Source: Candidatus Nomurabacteria bacterium (lineage in GTDB: Bacteria > Patescibacteriota > Minisyncoccia > Phycocordibacterales > UBA9973). From it: 44,287 nucleotides of DNA. Numbering within the stretch: position 1 is the first letter of the stretch; each line of letters opens with the position of its first letter. The notes under the pieces were generated by a model. That model was not told the DNA's origin. It saw only the letters and a list, made by a program, of their open reading frames with translations, and did not search any database. The DNA is taken from the NCBI GenBank assembly GCA_943350875.1, contig CALRAL010000002.1, forward strand, positions 134,221-178,507. Direction: 5' to 3'. This document shows, piece by piece, positions 21,950 through 29,859 of this stretch. The translations under genes were made by a program, and so were the position numbers.

Positions 21950-21974
21950 AATTGCTAAGTCTTGCCTAGCAATT
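21950..21974. repeat. REP-like hairpin, inverted orientation
   Basis: AATTGCTAAG-TCTTG-CCTAGCAATT. Confidence 0.85.
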
Positions 21975-22656
21975 ATGGCCAAATTATTTCACCATATGAG
22001 TTATAAAGAGGGACTAAATTTTTTTCATATTCTGTTCCAATCAATCTATCTAATCTAGTTTTTAGCATTTTTATATATTGTTCATTTGAAAAACTAAAAG
22101 GTAAATTTATTTTGCCTGTTTCTGTTTTTCCTCCAATGGTTGGTATTTTGATAGATTTAGTATTCTTTGGATTTTCTAATTGAATAATATTTTTATTTAA
22201 AACAAGAGCGTGAATATTTTTAGGCATGATTTTTTTGTCATAAAAATTTTCAATATAATTTTTGTCTACAAGATTTTTTAGAGAAATATTTTTTAATCCT
22301 TCAAATGATTTTTTATCTAAATCTTTATCTAATAAAATTCCAACCTGACCGGCTTCTGGCCATGGATAATCACCATCTTTAAATGAATAAAGACTTGGAT
22401 CATATATAGTCATATAAGTAAAATTATGATTTTCCCAAGCTGGGTGATTAAATTTACCTCCATACTTCCAATGAACTTGTTTTCTATCTGAGATAGGGTT
22501 GATACCCTCTTTTAAAATTCCAGGTATATTTGGTATTTGGGTCCAGATCAAAAAACCTTCAAATTTTTCAATGTTAATTTTTTTTTGTTCGATTTTTTTA
22601 ATAATTCCTTCTTTTGTAGAATTCTTACTAAAACTAAGGTTCTCATTGAAATTCAT
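21973..22656 (-). CDS. Hypothetical protein, possible ADP-ribosyltransferase-like fold
   Basis: 227-aa AT-rich ORF; IWTQIPNIPGILKEGINP and IMPKNIHALVL motifs; C-terminal PLYNSYGEIIWP. Confidence 0.6.
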   Translation of the reverse strand: MNFNENLSFSKNSTKEGIIKKIEQKKINIEKFEGFLIWTQIPNIPGILKEGINPISDRKQVHWKYGGKFNHPAWENHNFTYMTIYDPSLYSFKDGDYPWPEAGQVGILLDKDLDKKSFEGLKNISLKNLVDKNYIENFYDKKIMPKNIHALVLNKNIIQLENPKNTKSIKIPTIGGKTETGKINLPFSFSNEQYIKMLKTRLDRLIGTEYEKNLVPLYNSYGEIIWP

Positions 22657-22686
22657 AAATATATCATAACATTTTATTTATATAAT

Positions 22687-22713
22687 AAATTGCTAGGCAA
22701 GACCTAGCAATTT
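22687..22713. repeat. REP-like hairpin
   Basis: AAATTGCTAGG-CAAGA-CCTAGCAATTT; overlaps the RAYT stop codon. Confidence 0.85.
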
Positions 22714-23367
22714 TTCATTGTAGCTTAACCAGCCAAAGACTTCTTCTTGAAATGTTTCTTTGTTTAGAAAATATTTTGGGAAAACTTTTATATTTAGTAT
22801 TTTATTTTGAACCCTCTCTTTTTCCAGGTAATCAAGATAACTTGAATATTTGTAGTTTTGTAAATATTCAAGAGTTTCTTTTTTATTTTTAATTCCATTT
22901 TCCTTCCAATTTTTATCTATTAATTTTACTGGATTTAAATGAATATAAGAGAAAATATATTTTAGGTATCTATCTTCATACAAATGTTCAGACTTAAATT
23001 TACCTTCAAATAAACTCCCGATTCTTTTGTATTTTTTGTTGTAATACATCACATAGGCGGTCATAAGTTTTTGCATAAATTTACTGATACCTTTTTCTTC
23101 TATCTGAGTGATAAGAATATGAAAATGATTAGGCATTAGACAATAAGAACCGATTGATACAATTTGTTTTCCTCTTTCAAAATCATAAGGACTTTCTCCT
23201 TTGGCCAGAGTAAAGATCCTAAAATCATTGGTGGAATTACAAGCGTACATAAGACTCAAAAAGCGGGAATAATCTTCATTATCATGAAAAATTTTCTGTT
23301 TACTATTACCACGATTGTATATATGATAATATTCACCATTGGCTAAATTTATTTTTCGAATAGACAT
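22693..23367 (-). CDS. REP-associated tyrosine (HUH, Y1) transposase, RAYT-like, copy 2
   Basis: YYHIYNRG, YCLMPNHFHIL, YYNKKYKRIGSLFEGKFKS, YIHLNP, YSSY; paralog of 14818-15495. Start at 23367 (6 nt after TATAAT) or 23373. Confidence 0.9.
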   Translation of the reverse strand: MSIRKINLANGEYYHIYNRGNSKQKIFHDNEDYSRFLSLMYACNSTNDFRIFTLAKGESPYDFERGKQIVSIGSYCLMPNHFHILITQIEEKGISKFMQKLMTAYVMYYNKKYKRIGSLFEGKFKSEHLYEDRYLKYIFSYIHLNPVKLIDKNWKENGIKNKKETLEYLQNYKYSSYLDYLEKERVQNKILNIKVFPKYFLNKETFQEEVFGWLSYNEKLLGLA

Positions 23368-23384
23368 AAACATATTATATGCCT

Positions 23385-23419
23385 AAAGAAATTGCTAGGC
23401 AAGACCTAGCAATTTCTTT
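23385..23419. repeat. REP-like hairpin
   Basis: AAAGAAATTGCTAGG-CAAGA-CCTAGCAATTTCTTT. Confidence 0.85.
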
Positions 23420-23426
23420 TGCAACT

Positions 23427-23455
23427 TTGACCAAAAGGGATTTTTCGGGTAGGAT
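23427..23455 (+). promoter_or_regulatory. proS promoter (leaderless)
   Basis: TTGACC-17 bp-TAGGAT, 6 nt before the ATG. Confidence 0.6.
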
Positions 23456-23461
23456 AGAGGG

Positions 23462-24715
23462 ATGAGACAATCTAAACTTTTTACAAAAACAAAAAAAGAG
23501 AGCCCAGAGGGTGAAGTGTCTAAAAATGCAGAACTCCTTATTCGAGGGGGTTTTGTGCACAAGGAGATGTCCGGTGTGTATAGTTATCTACCTCTTGGTT
23601 TGCGAGTGATTAAAAAAATTGAAAATATAATCAGAGAAGAAATGAATGGGGTGGGTGGGCAGGAGATCTTGATGTCTGCTTTCCAACCCAAAGAGAATTG
23701 GGAAAAAACTGGCCGATGGGAAAGTATGGATGACTTGTATAAGGTTCCAGATTCTTCGGGTAAAGAAGTAGCGCTAGGTCCTACGCATGAAGAGATAGTG
23801 GTGCCAATTTTAAAAAATTATATTTCTTCATATAAAGACTTTCCCATAGCTATCTATCAGATTCAAAATAAATTCAGAATGGAATTACGAGCAAAATCTG
23901 GACTTTTACGAGGTCGCGAATTTATCATGAAAGATATGTATTCTTTTCACACTAATAAAGAAGATTTTGAAAATTTTTATGAAAAGATGAAAGGAGTTTA
24001 CAAAAGTATTTTTAAAAGAATAGGTATTGGACATTTAACTTACATGACTTTTGCTTCCGGTGGGACTTTTTCGAAATATTCTCATGAATTTCAGACTATC
24101 ACTCCTGTCGGTGAAGATACTATCTATGTAGATGAGGGTAGCAGTGTGGCTGTTAATAAAGAGGTTTTTAATGATGAAATTTTGGACCAACTTGGTCTAG
24201 ATAAGGCTAAAATGGTTGAACATAGAGCTATTGAAGTCGGTAATATCTTTGATTTAAAGACTAAGTATTCAGTCCCTTTTGATTTATCCTATACTGACGA
24301 AAAAGGGGAGAAAAACACTGTTTTGATGGGTTGTTATGGTATCGGCTTGGGGAGGCTTATGGGTACAGTGGTAGAGGTGCTTTCGGATGACAAAGGTATT
24401 ATCTGGCCTGCGTCCATTGCTCCATTTTCAATACATTTGCTTTCACTCGGTGAGGATGAAGCGGTTTTGAAAGAAGCTGATAAAGTGTATGATGCTTTGA
24501 TAAAAAATAATGTGGAAGTTCTATTTGATGATAGAAGTGGATTTTCTGCCGGGGAGAAATTTGCTGATTCTGATTTGCTTGGTATTCCACTGCGTGTTGT
24601 AGTATCTGCGAGAAGTATTAAAGAAGGCGGAATAGAATTGAAAAAGCGCACGGAAGAAAAAGGGAAAATTGTTTCTTTAAATGAATTATTATCTTTGCTA
24701 GCACCTAAAAGCTAG
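23462..24715 (+). CDS. proS: Proline--tRNA ligase (short form, editing insertion largely absent)
   Basis: LGPTHEE, QIQNKFRMELRAKSGLLRGREFIMKDMYSF, MGCYGIGLGR, anticodon-binding domain. Confidence 0.95.
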   Translation: MRQSKLFTKTKKESPEGEVSKNAELLIRGGFVHKEMSGVYSYLPLGLRVIKKIENIIREEMNGVGGQEILMSAFQPKENWEKTGRWESMDDLYKVPDSSGKEVALGPTHEEIVVPILKNYISSYKDFPIAIYQIQNKFRMELRAKSGLLRGREFIMKDMYSFHTNKEDFENFYEKMKGVYKSIFKRIGIGHLTYMTFASGGTFSKYSHEFQTITPVGEDTIYVDEGSSVAVNKEVFNDEILDQLGLDKAKMVEHRAIEVGNIFDLKTKYSVPFDLSYTDEKGEKNTVLMGCYGIGLGRLMGTVVEVLSDDKGIIWPASIAPFSIHLLSLGEDEAVLKEADKVYDALIKNNVEVLFDDRSGFSAGEKFADSDLLGIPLRVVVSARSIKEGGIELKKRTEEKGKIVSLNELLSLLAPKS

Positions 24716-24735
24716 TATCTAGAACCTAACCTGAA

Positions 24736-25782
24736 ATGTTCGACAAATTCTACAAATTAATTTCAAATGACATTGGTATAGACCTTGGCACTTCTAATAC
24801 TTTAGTGTATTTGAAAGGGCACGGCATAGTCATTAATGAACCATCAGTCGTAGCTGTGAATATGAAGACAAATCAGATATTGGCTGTCGGTACCAAAGCC
24901 AAAGAAATGTTGGGCAGGACTCCAGGACATATCAAAGCAGTACGCCCCTTGGTAGACGGTGTTATATCTGATTTTGAAGTGACTGAAGAAATGCTTTCAT
25001 ATCTCATAAATAAAGCAGACAAGATGTTTAAGAAATGGGCGCGTCCGAGAGTACTCGTAGGGGTGCCTTCTGGTATTACGAATGTAGAGATTCGAGCTGT
25101 ATATGATGCAGCTCGTTCGGCTGGAGCGAGAGAAGTATTTCTCATCGAGGAACCAATGTCCGCGGCTATTGGTATCCGCTTACCAATCAAGGAGCCTGTG
25201 GGTTCGATGATTGTAGATATAGGAGGAGGCACTACAGATGTAGCAGTCATATCGCTCGGTGGTATTGTGAAATCAAAGAATTTAAAAATAGCAGGGGATA
25301 AATTAAATAACGACATTATCACTTATATGCGTGACGAGTTCAAGCTCTTGATAGGTGAGAGTACGGCTGAAAAAGTTAAAATATCCATCGGTTCTGTGAT
25401 TCCTGGTGGCTATATGGAGGAGGAAGTTCGTGGAAGGGATCTCCTAACAGGGCTACCTCGGGAAGTGGTAGTGAACGATGCAGACATTCGAGAAGCTATC
25501 TCTGGGTCTATTAAATGGTTGGTAGATGGGATAAAAGATGTGCTTGAAACTACTCCTCCGGAAATATTATCTGACATTATGTATCGAGGGATTTATCTTT
25601 CTGGTGGTGGGGCTTTGCTCTCAGGGCTAGATAAACTTTTACAAAACATTTTAAAGATACCAGTCTATGTTGTGGATGATCCTCTATCGGCTGTGGCTCG
25701 CGGTACAGGAGTGGTATTTGAAGATATTTTATCTTTTAATGAAGTTTTGATAAAAAATCAAGATGACTTACCTCCTAGATAA
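24736..25782 (+). CDS. mreB: Rod shape-determining protein MreB
   Basis: IGIDLGTSNT, EEPMSAAIG, VDIGGGTTDVA, GGGALL. Confidence 0.97.
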   Translation: MFDKFYKLISNDIGIDLGTSNTLVYLKGHGIVINEPSVVAVNMKTNQILAVGTKAKEMLGRTPGHIKAVRPLVDGVISDFEVTEEMLSYLINKADKMFKKWARPRVLVGVPSGITNVEIRAVYDAARSAGAREVFLIEEPMSAAIGIRLPIKEPVGSMIVDIGGGTTDVAVISLGGIVKSKNLKIAGDKLNNDIITYMRDEFKLLIGESTAEKVKISIGSVIPGGYMEEEVRGRDLLTGLPREVVVNDADIREAISGSIKWLVDGIKDVLETTPPEILSDIMYRGIYLSGGGALLSGLDKLLQNILKIPVYVVDDPLSAVARGTGVVFEDILSFNEVLIKNQDDLPPR

Positions 25783-26572
25783 AAAAGAAAAAAGGAAATC
25801 TATTTTCAATATTAGTATTTATGTTTTGGTTTTTTTAATTCTGATTTATTTTAGATCTAGTATTTTTAATTCTTTTTCTTATTTGAGCTCTGTGATTTTT
25901 AAACCAGTTTTAGTTTTTGGAAATAATATCAGTGATGAGTTAGCAGTATTTGGTTCATATTTAAAGTCTAAAAAATCTTTACTTTTAGAAAATGAAAATC
26001 TAAAGTCACAACTTCTAGAAAACAATGCTCAACTATCAAATTACAATTCTATTTTGGATGAAAATACAAAAATAAAAGAAATTTTAGGTAGGAAAAATGA
26101 AAAGATGAATTTGATTTTGTCTGCTATTTTAGCCAAGCCGAATCATTCTATTTACGATACTCTTTTGATCGATGTAGGGGCAAATAAAGACATAAAAACA
26201 GGGGATAGAGTCTTTGCCTTGGGTGATGTGCCTATTGGATATGTGGGGGAAGTTTATCCAAGTTCTTTAAAGGTAATTTTGTTTTCAAATCCGGGCGAAA
26301 AGATAGAAGGGATTATTTCGCAAAGTTTTACTGCTCTAGGTAAGGATGTTTCTGTAGAGTTAACAGGTCGAGGAGGGGGGAATTTTGAGATGATTTTGCC
26401 TCAAGGTTTTACTTTAGAAAAAGGTACAGATGTGGTTCTGCCTGGAATAAAGCCGTATGTCTTGGGTCAATTTAAAACTATTATTTCTGACCCTCGTGAT
26501 TCTTTCATCAAAGCCCTCTTTGTGAGTCCTGTAAACGTTCAAGAATTAAAGTTTGTGGAGGTGGAGAAATGA
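25763..26572 (+). CDS. mreC: Rod shape-determining protein MreC
   Basis: TM, coiled coil (ENENLK), LLIDVG..GD.V beta domain; directly after mreB. Confidence 0.88.
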   Translation: MTYLLDKKEKRKSIFNISIYVLVFLILIYFRSSIFNSFSYLSSVIFKPVLVFGNNISDELAVFGSYLKSKKSLLLENENLKSQLLENNAQLSNYNSILDENTKIKEILGRKNEKMNLILSAILAKPNHSIYDTLLIDVGANKDIKTGDRVFALGDVPIGYVGEVYPSSLKVILFSNPGEKIEGIISQSFTALGKDVSVELTGRGGGNFEMILPQGFTLEKGTDVVLPGIKPYVLGQFKTIISDPRDSFIKALFVSPVNVQELKFVEVEK

Positions 26573-26610
26573 CGAGATACTGAGCGAAGCGAACGTATTG
26601 AAAAATAATA

Positions 26611-27966
26611 ATGCATTTTAAAATTGAGAAAAAATTAAAGGGTAGTTTGGGGAGGGTGGGAACATTAGAAACTCCACATGGGGTGATACATACTCCAGCC
26701 TTTGTGCCTGTGGGGACCAAGGCAAGTATTAAATCTCTCACTCCTGAACAAGTGGAAGGCCTCGGTGCAAAGGTAATACTCGGCAATACTTATCATCTAT
26801 ATTTACAGCCTGGAGATGAGACAGTAGCTAAAGGCGGAGGTATAGGAAAGTTTATGAATTGGAATGGTCCCACGATGACGGATTCTGGAGGATTTCAAGT
26901 TTTCTCACTTGGAGTTGCCTATGGCAAAGAACTTTCAAAAATCACAAAAATAACAGATCCGTTATTTATAATTCCAGAGCGCTTTGATGACAGTGATGCG
27001 CCAAGGCTAGCAAAGATAGGACAGGATGGGGTTTCTTTCAAATCACATTTAGATGGTTCAATACATTACATCACTCCAGAGAAATCAATACAGATTCAGC
27101 ACAATTTAGGTGCAGATATTATTTTTGCCTTTGATGAATGTACTAGTCCTGCGGAGGATGTGCAGTATCAAGAAGATGCGCTGGAGAGGACTCATAATTG
27201 GGCGAAGAGGAGTTTGGAAGAACATTTAAAGCTTACCTCATTAAAATTTTCTGCCCCTGCGCCCTTCGCCGATCCCGGCAAGGTCGCCGTGGGACCCTCG
27301 GGGACAAAAAATTCTAATGAGGTTCACTTTTCTCCCGCTCTCTTTGGCATCGTGCAAGGAGGTAGAGACGAAAGTTTGAGGAAAAAATCAGCAAAATTCA
27401 TTAGTAGTCTTGATTTTGATGGATTTGGTATTGGAGGTTCGTTTACTAAAGAAGACATGTCTTCAGCTGTAAAATGGGTGAATGAAATATTGCCGGAAGA
27501 AAAGCCAAGACATTTGCTCGGCATCGGTGAGCCAGAAGACCTTTTTATGGGTATAGAAAATGGCGTGGATTTATTTGATTGTGTACTCCCGACTCGTCTT
27601 GGTAGGAATGGTACGATATACACAAAGAATGGAAAAATAAGCATTAGTAATACAAAATTCCGTGAAGATTTTAGCCCCATTGAAGAAGACTGCGAATGTT
27701 ATACATGTGGCGGGAAAAGGTCTTTCCTTGAGGAGGAGCAGAGCGACGGGAAAGGAGAGACCTTGAGGAGCCAAAGAGGTTATACCAAAGCTTATGTTGC
27801 GCACCTTTTCCATGGCAAAGAAATGCTTGCAGGTACTTTGGCTTCGATTCATAATCTCTATTTTATTATGAACCTAGTGAAAAAAATTCGTCAATCAATT
27901 TTAGATGACAATTTCTTTGAATTCAAAGAGGAGTTCCTAAAAGGGTATTTAAGTCAAATTGCCTAG
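26611..27966 (+). CDS. tgt: tRNA-guanine transglycosylase carrying two in-frame palindromic insertions
   Basis: TPAFVPVGT, NTYHL, TDSGGFQVFSL, GIVQGG, DCVLPTRLGRNG, CECYTC, HNL. Confidence 0.96.
   Translation: MHFKIEKKLKGSLGRVGTLETPHGVIHTPAFVPVGTKASIKSLTPEQVEGLGAKVILGNTYHLYLQPGDETVAKGGGIGKFMNWNGPTMTDSGGFQVFSLGVAYGKELSKITKITDPLFIIPERFDDSDAPRLAKIGQDGVSFKSHLDGSIHYITPEKSIQIQHNLGADIIFAFDECTSPAEDVQYQEDALERTHNWAKRSLEEHLKLTSLKFSAPAPFADPGKVAVGPSGTKNSNEVHFSPALFGIVQGGRDESLRKKSAKFISSLDFDGFGIGGSFTKEDMSSAVKWVNEILPEEKPRHLLGIGEPEDLFMGIENGVDLFDCVLPTRLGRNGTIYTKNGKISISNTKFREDFSPIEEDCECYTCGGKRSFLEEEQSDGKGETLRSQRGYTKAYVAHLFHGKEMLAGTLASIHNLYFIMNLVKKIRQSILDDNFFEFKEEFLKGYLSQIA
27235..27323. repeat. 89-bp inverted-repeat insertion in tgt
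   Basis: ACCTCATTAAAATTTTCTGCCCC ... GGGGACAAAAAATTCTAATGAGGT with a GC-rich core. Confidence 0.75.
27717..27764. repeat. REP doublet inserted in frame in tgt
   Basis: AAGG-TCTTT-CCTT ... AAGG-AGAGA-CCTT, inverted relative to each other. Confidence 0.7.
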
Positions 27967-28023
27967 GTGGCCTATGTGTGGTATTGCATTTTTTTGACAG
28001 ATTGCTATAATAGTTTTACTTTA

Positions 28024-29430
28024 ATGGACAAAAATAAAATTAAGAAACAGACGAAAAATTGGAAGAAATTCTGGAAACTTGGCGAGGATGAATTTAATAC
28101 TCAGTATTTTGACATCAATGCCAACGGTGAACTAGTGGTAAAAGAAGGATACTACCAGTACAACATAATGGACATAGTTAAAAAATATGGTACTACGACC
28201 GAAGTATTTTTTCCATTTATTTTAGAGAACAGAGTGCGAGATTTGATAGAACTTTTTAATGCTTACATTAAGATTTTAAATTACAAGGGTAGATTCTATT
28301 ACCATTATGTGATGAAATCTAATCAACATAGAGAATTTGTCTTACCAGCTATTGCGGAGGGGGCGCACATAGAAGTGTCTTCTGCTAATGAACTTTTTTT
28401 AGTAAAGAGAATGTTGGAGCAAGAGAAATTTAATCACAAAATAAGGGTGACTTGCAACGGACCAAAAACTGACCAATATATCAATTTGATCGAAGAACTT
28501 CGTGAAAAAGGCCTCATCATCATACCAATCATAGAAAACCGTGGAGAGTTGGAAAGATTAAAGAAATTCAAAGGAGAAGTGGGCGTACGTGTGAATTTGG
28601 ATTTAAAAGTGGATGCACATTGGGATAAGAAATATAATCATTTTGGTTTTGATGAAGAGGAATTAGTAAAAATTGGGAAGATAAGAAACCTTTCAATGCT
28701 ACACTATCATATCTCCACTCAGAATGAGAAGATTGAAGGTTTTGTGAAGCCACTCAAACGCGCTATAGAACTTTATGCTAAATTAAAAGAACAAAATCCT
28801 GCTTTGGACACTGTGAACTTTGGTGGTGGTATGGCTGTACCTTATGAAAAAAAGAAGAAAATGATTTCGGTCAAAAGTTTAGTCAACCAGATGATTAAAG
28901 TTGCCAAAAAAGAGAGTGATAAATTAGGAGTGAAGCATCCGAACTTGGTTTGTGAATGGGGGAGTTATTTTACAGCTCCATCACAAATTAGCCTCTTTAA
29001 GGTTTTAGAAGAAAAGGCTATTGGCAACAAGACTGATACTAAGTGGTATTTTATTGATGGGTCTTTCATTACAAACTTGACTGACACTTGGTCTGTTGTT
29101 CGTCATAAATGGCATTTTGCGGCAGCGAACCATTTGAATACTCGCAGATTACAAAAAGTCTGGCTTGCTGGTTCTACGTGTGATGCTGATGACAGATATA
29201 CAGCATCTGGGAACTATGTACTTTTGCCAAAAATTACTGAAGATAGTCCAGATTTGTACCTGGTAGTTTTTGATACTGGATCTTATCAATATACTTTAGG
29301 CAATAATCATTGTTTGCTTTCAAAACCAGCTCTCGTAGTATGTCAAAATGGGGAAGTGAAACTTTCACGCAAAAGGCAAACACCAGAAGAATTAGGAAAA
29401 ATATTTGGTTGGAATGGTGAACATAAATAG
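28024..29430 (+). CDS. Fold-type III PLP-dependent decarboxylase (arginine decarboxylase SpeA-like)
   Basis: HYVMKSNQ (PLP Lys), EVSSANE, CNGPK, LHYH, NFGGG, CEWG, GSTCDAD, TGSYQ. Start at ATG 28024. Confidence 0.85.
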   Translation: MDKNKIKKQTKNWKKFWKLGEDEFNTQYFDINANGELVVKEGYYQYNIMDIVKKYGTTTEVFFPFILENRVRDLIELFNAYIKILNYKGRFYYHYVMKSNQHREFVLPAIAEGAHIEVSSANELFLVKRMLEQEKFNHKIRVTCNGPKTDQYINLIEELREKGLIIIPIIENRGELERLKKFKGEVGVRVNLDLKVDAHWDKKYNHFGFDEEELVKIGKIRNLSMLHYHISTQNEKIEGFVKPLKRAIELYAKLKEQNPALDTVNFGGGMAVPYEKKKKMISVKSLVNQMIKVAKKESDKLGVKHPNLVCEWGSYFTAPSQISLFKVLEEKAIGNKTDTKWYFIDGSFITNLTDTWSVVRHKWHFAAANHLNTRRLQKVWLAGSTCDADDRYTASGNYVLLPKITEDSPDLYLVVFDTGSYQYTLGNNHCLLSKPALVVCQNGEVKLSRKRQTPEELGKIFGWNGEHK

Positions 29431-29433
29431 TTT

Positions 29434-29859
29434 ATGTCTAAAAAGAAGATAATATTTTTAATTATAGTTGTTGTCGGAGCATTTTTTTTGCTCTCTAGTA
29501 ATAATTTGCGTTATGTGAAAATAAATGGAGTCACTTTAAAAGTCAGTCTAGCTTTGACTGAGCGGGCACAAGAAAGAGGTCTTTCGGGGAGGGAGAGTTT
29601 AGAAGAAAATGAAGGGATGCTTTTTGTATTTTCACAACCAATTGCTAGGAACTTTTTCTGGATGAAAGAGATGAATTTCCCATTAGATATGATCTGGTTT
29701 GGAGCAGATAAAAAAGTAGTTTACATCAAGAAAAATGCCACTCCAGAATCATATCCAGAATCTTTTGGCCCCAATGAAGAGACGAAATATGTTCTGGAAG
29801 TAATTTCAGGCTTTTCTGATAAATATAATCTTAAAGAAGGAGATCTTTTAGAATTCTAA
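29434..29859 (+). CDS. DUF192-family protein
   Basis: ERGLSGRESL..NEGMLFVF, FWMKEMNFPLDMIW, YVLEV. Confidence 0.92.
   Translation: MSKKKIIFLIIVVVGAFFLLSSNNLRYVKINGVTLKVSLALTERAQERGLSGRESLEENEGMLFVFSQPIARNFFWMKEMNFPLDMIWFGADKKVVYIKKNATPESYPESFGPNEETKYVLEVISGFSDKYNLKEGDLLEF

Larger units (their letters stand above)
21930..23436. mobile_element. RAYT/REP cassette (cargo gene + RAYT) between rpsB and proS
   Basis: 21-bp direct repeat CTTTTGCAACTTTGACCAAAA at 21930-21950 and 23416-23436; three REP hairpins inside. Confidence 0.7.

Noticed and set aside
14818-23367. HUH transposases as IS200/IS605 TnpA with TnpB or a guide RNA
   Set aside because: The proteins are about 225 aa with RAYT-type motifs, and no RuvC-type TnpB/IscB ORF is adjacent.
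14789-23419. Repeated hairpins as a CRISPR array
   Set aside because: No regular repeat-spacer periodicity and no cas genes; they are associated with RAYT genes.
27235-27780. tgt insertions as introns or inteins
   Set aside because: Too short, with no group I/II core or intein terminal motifs; the frame is open.
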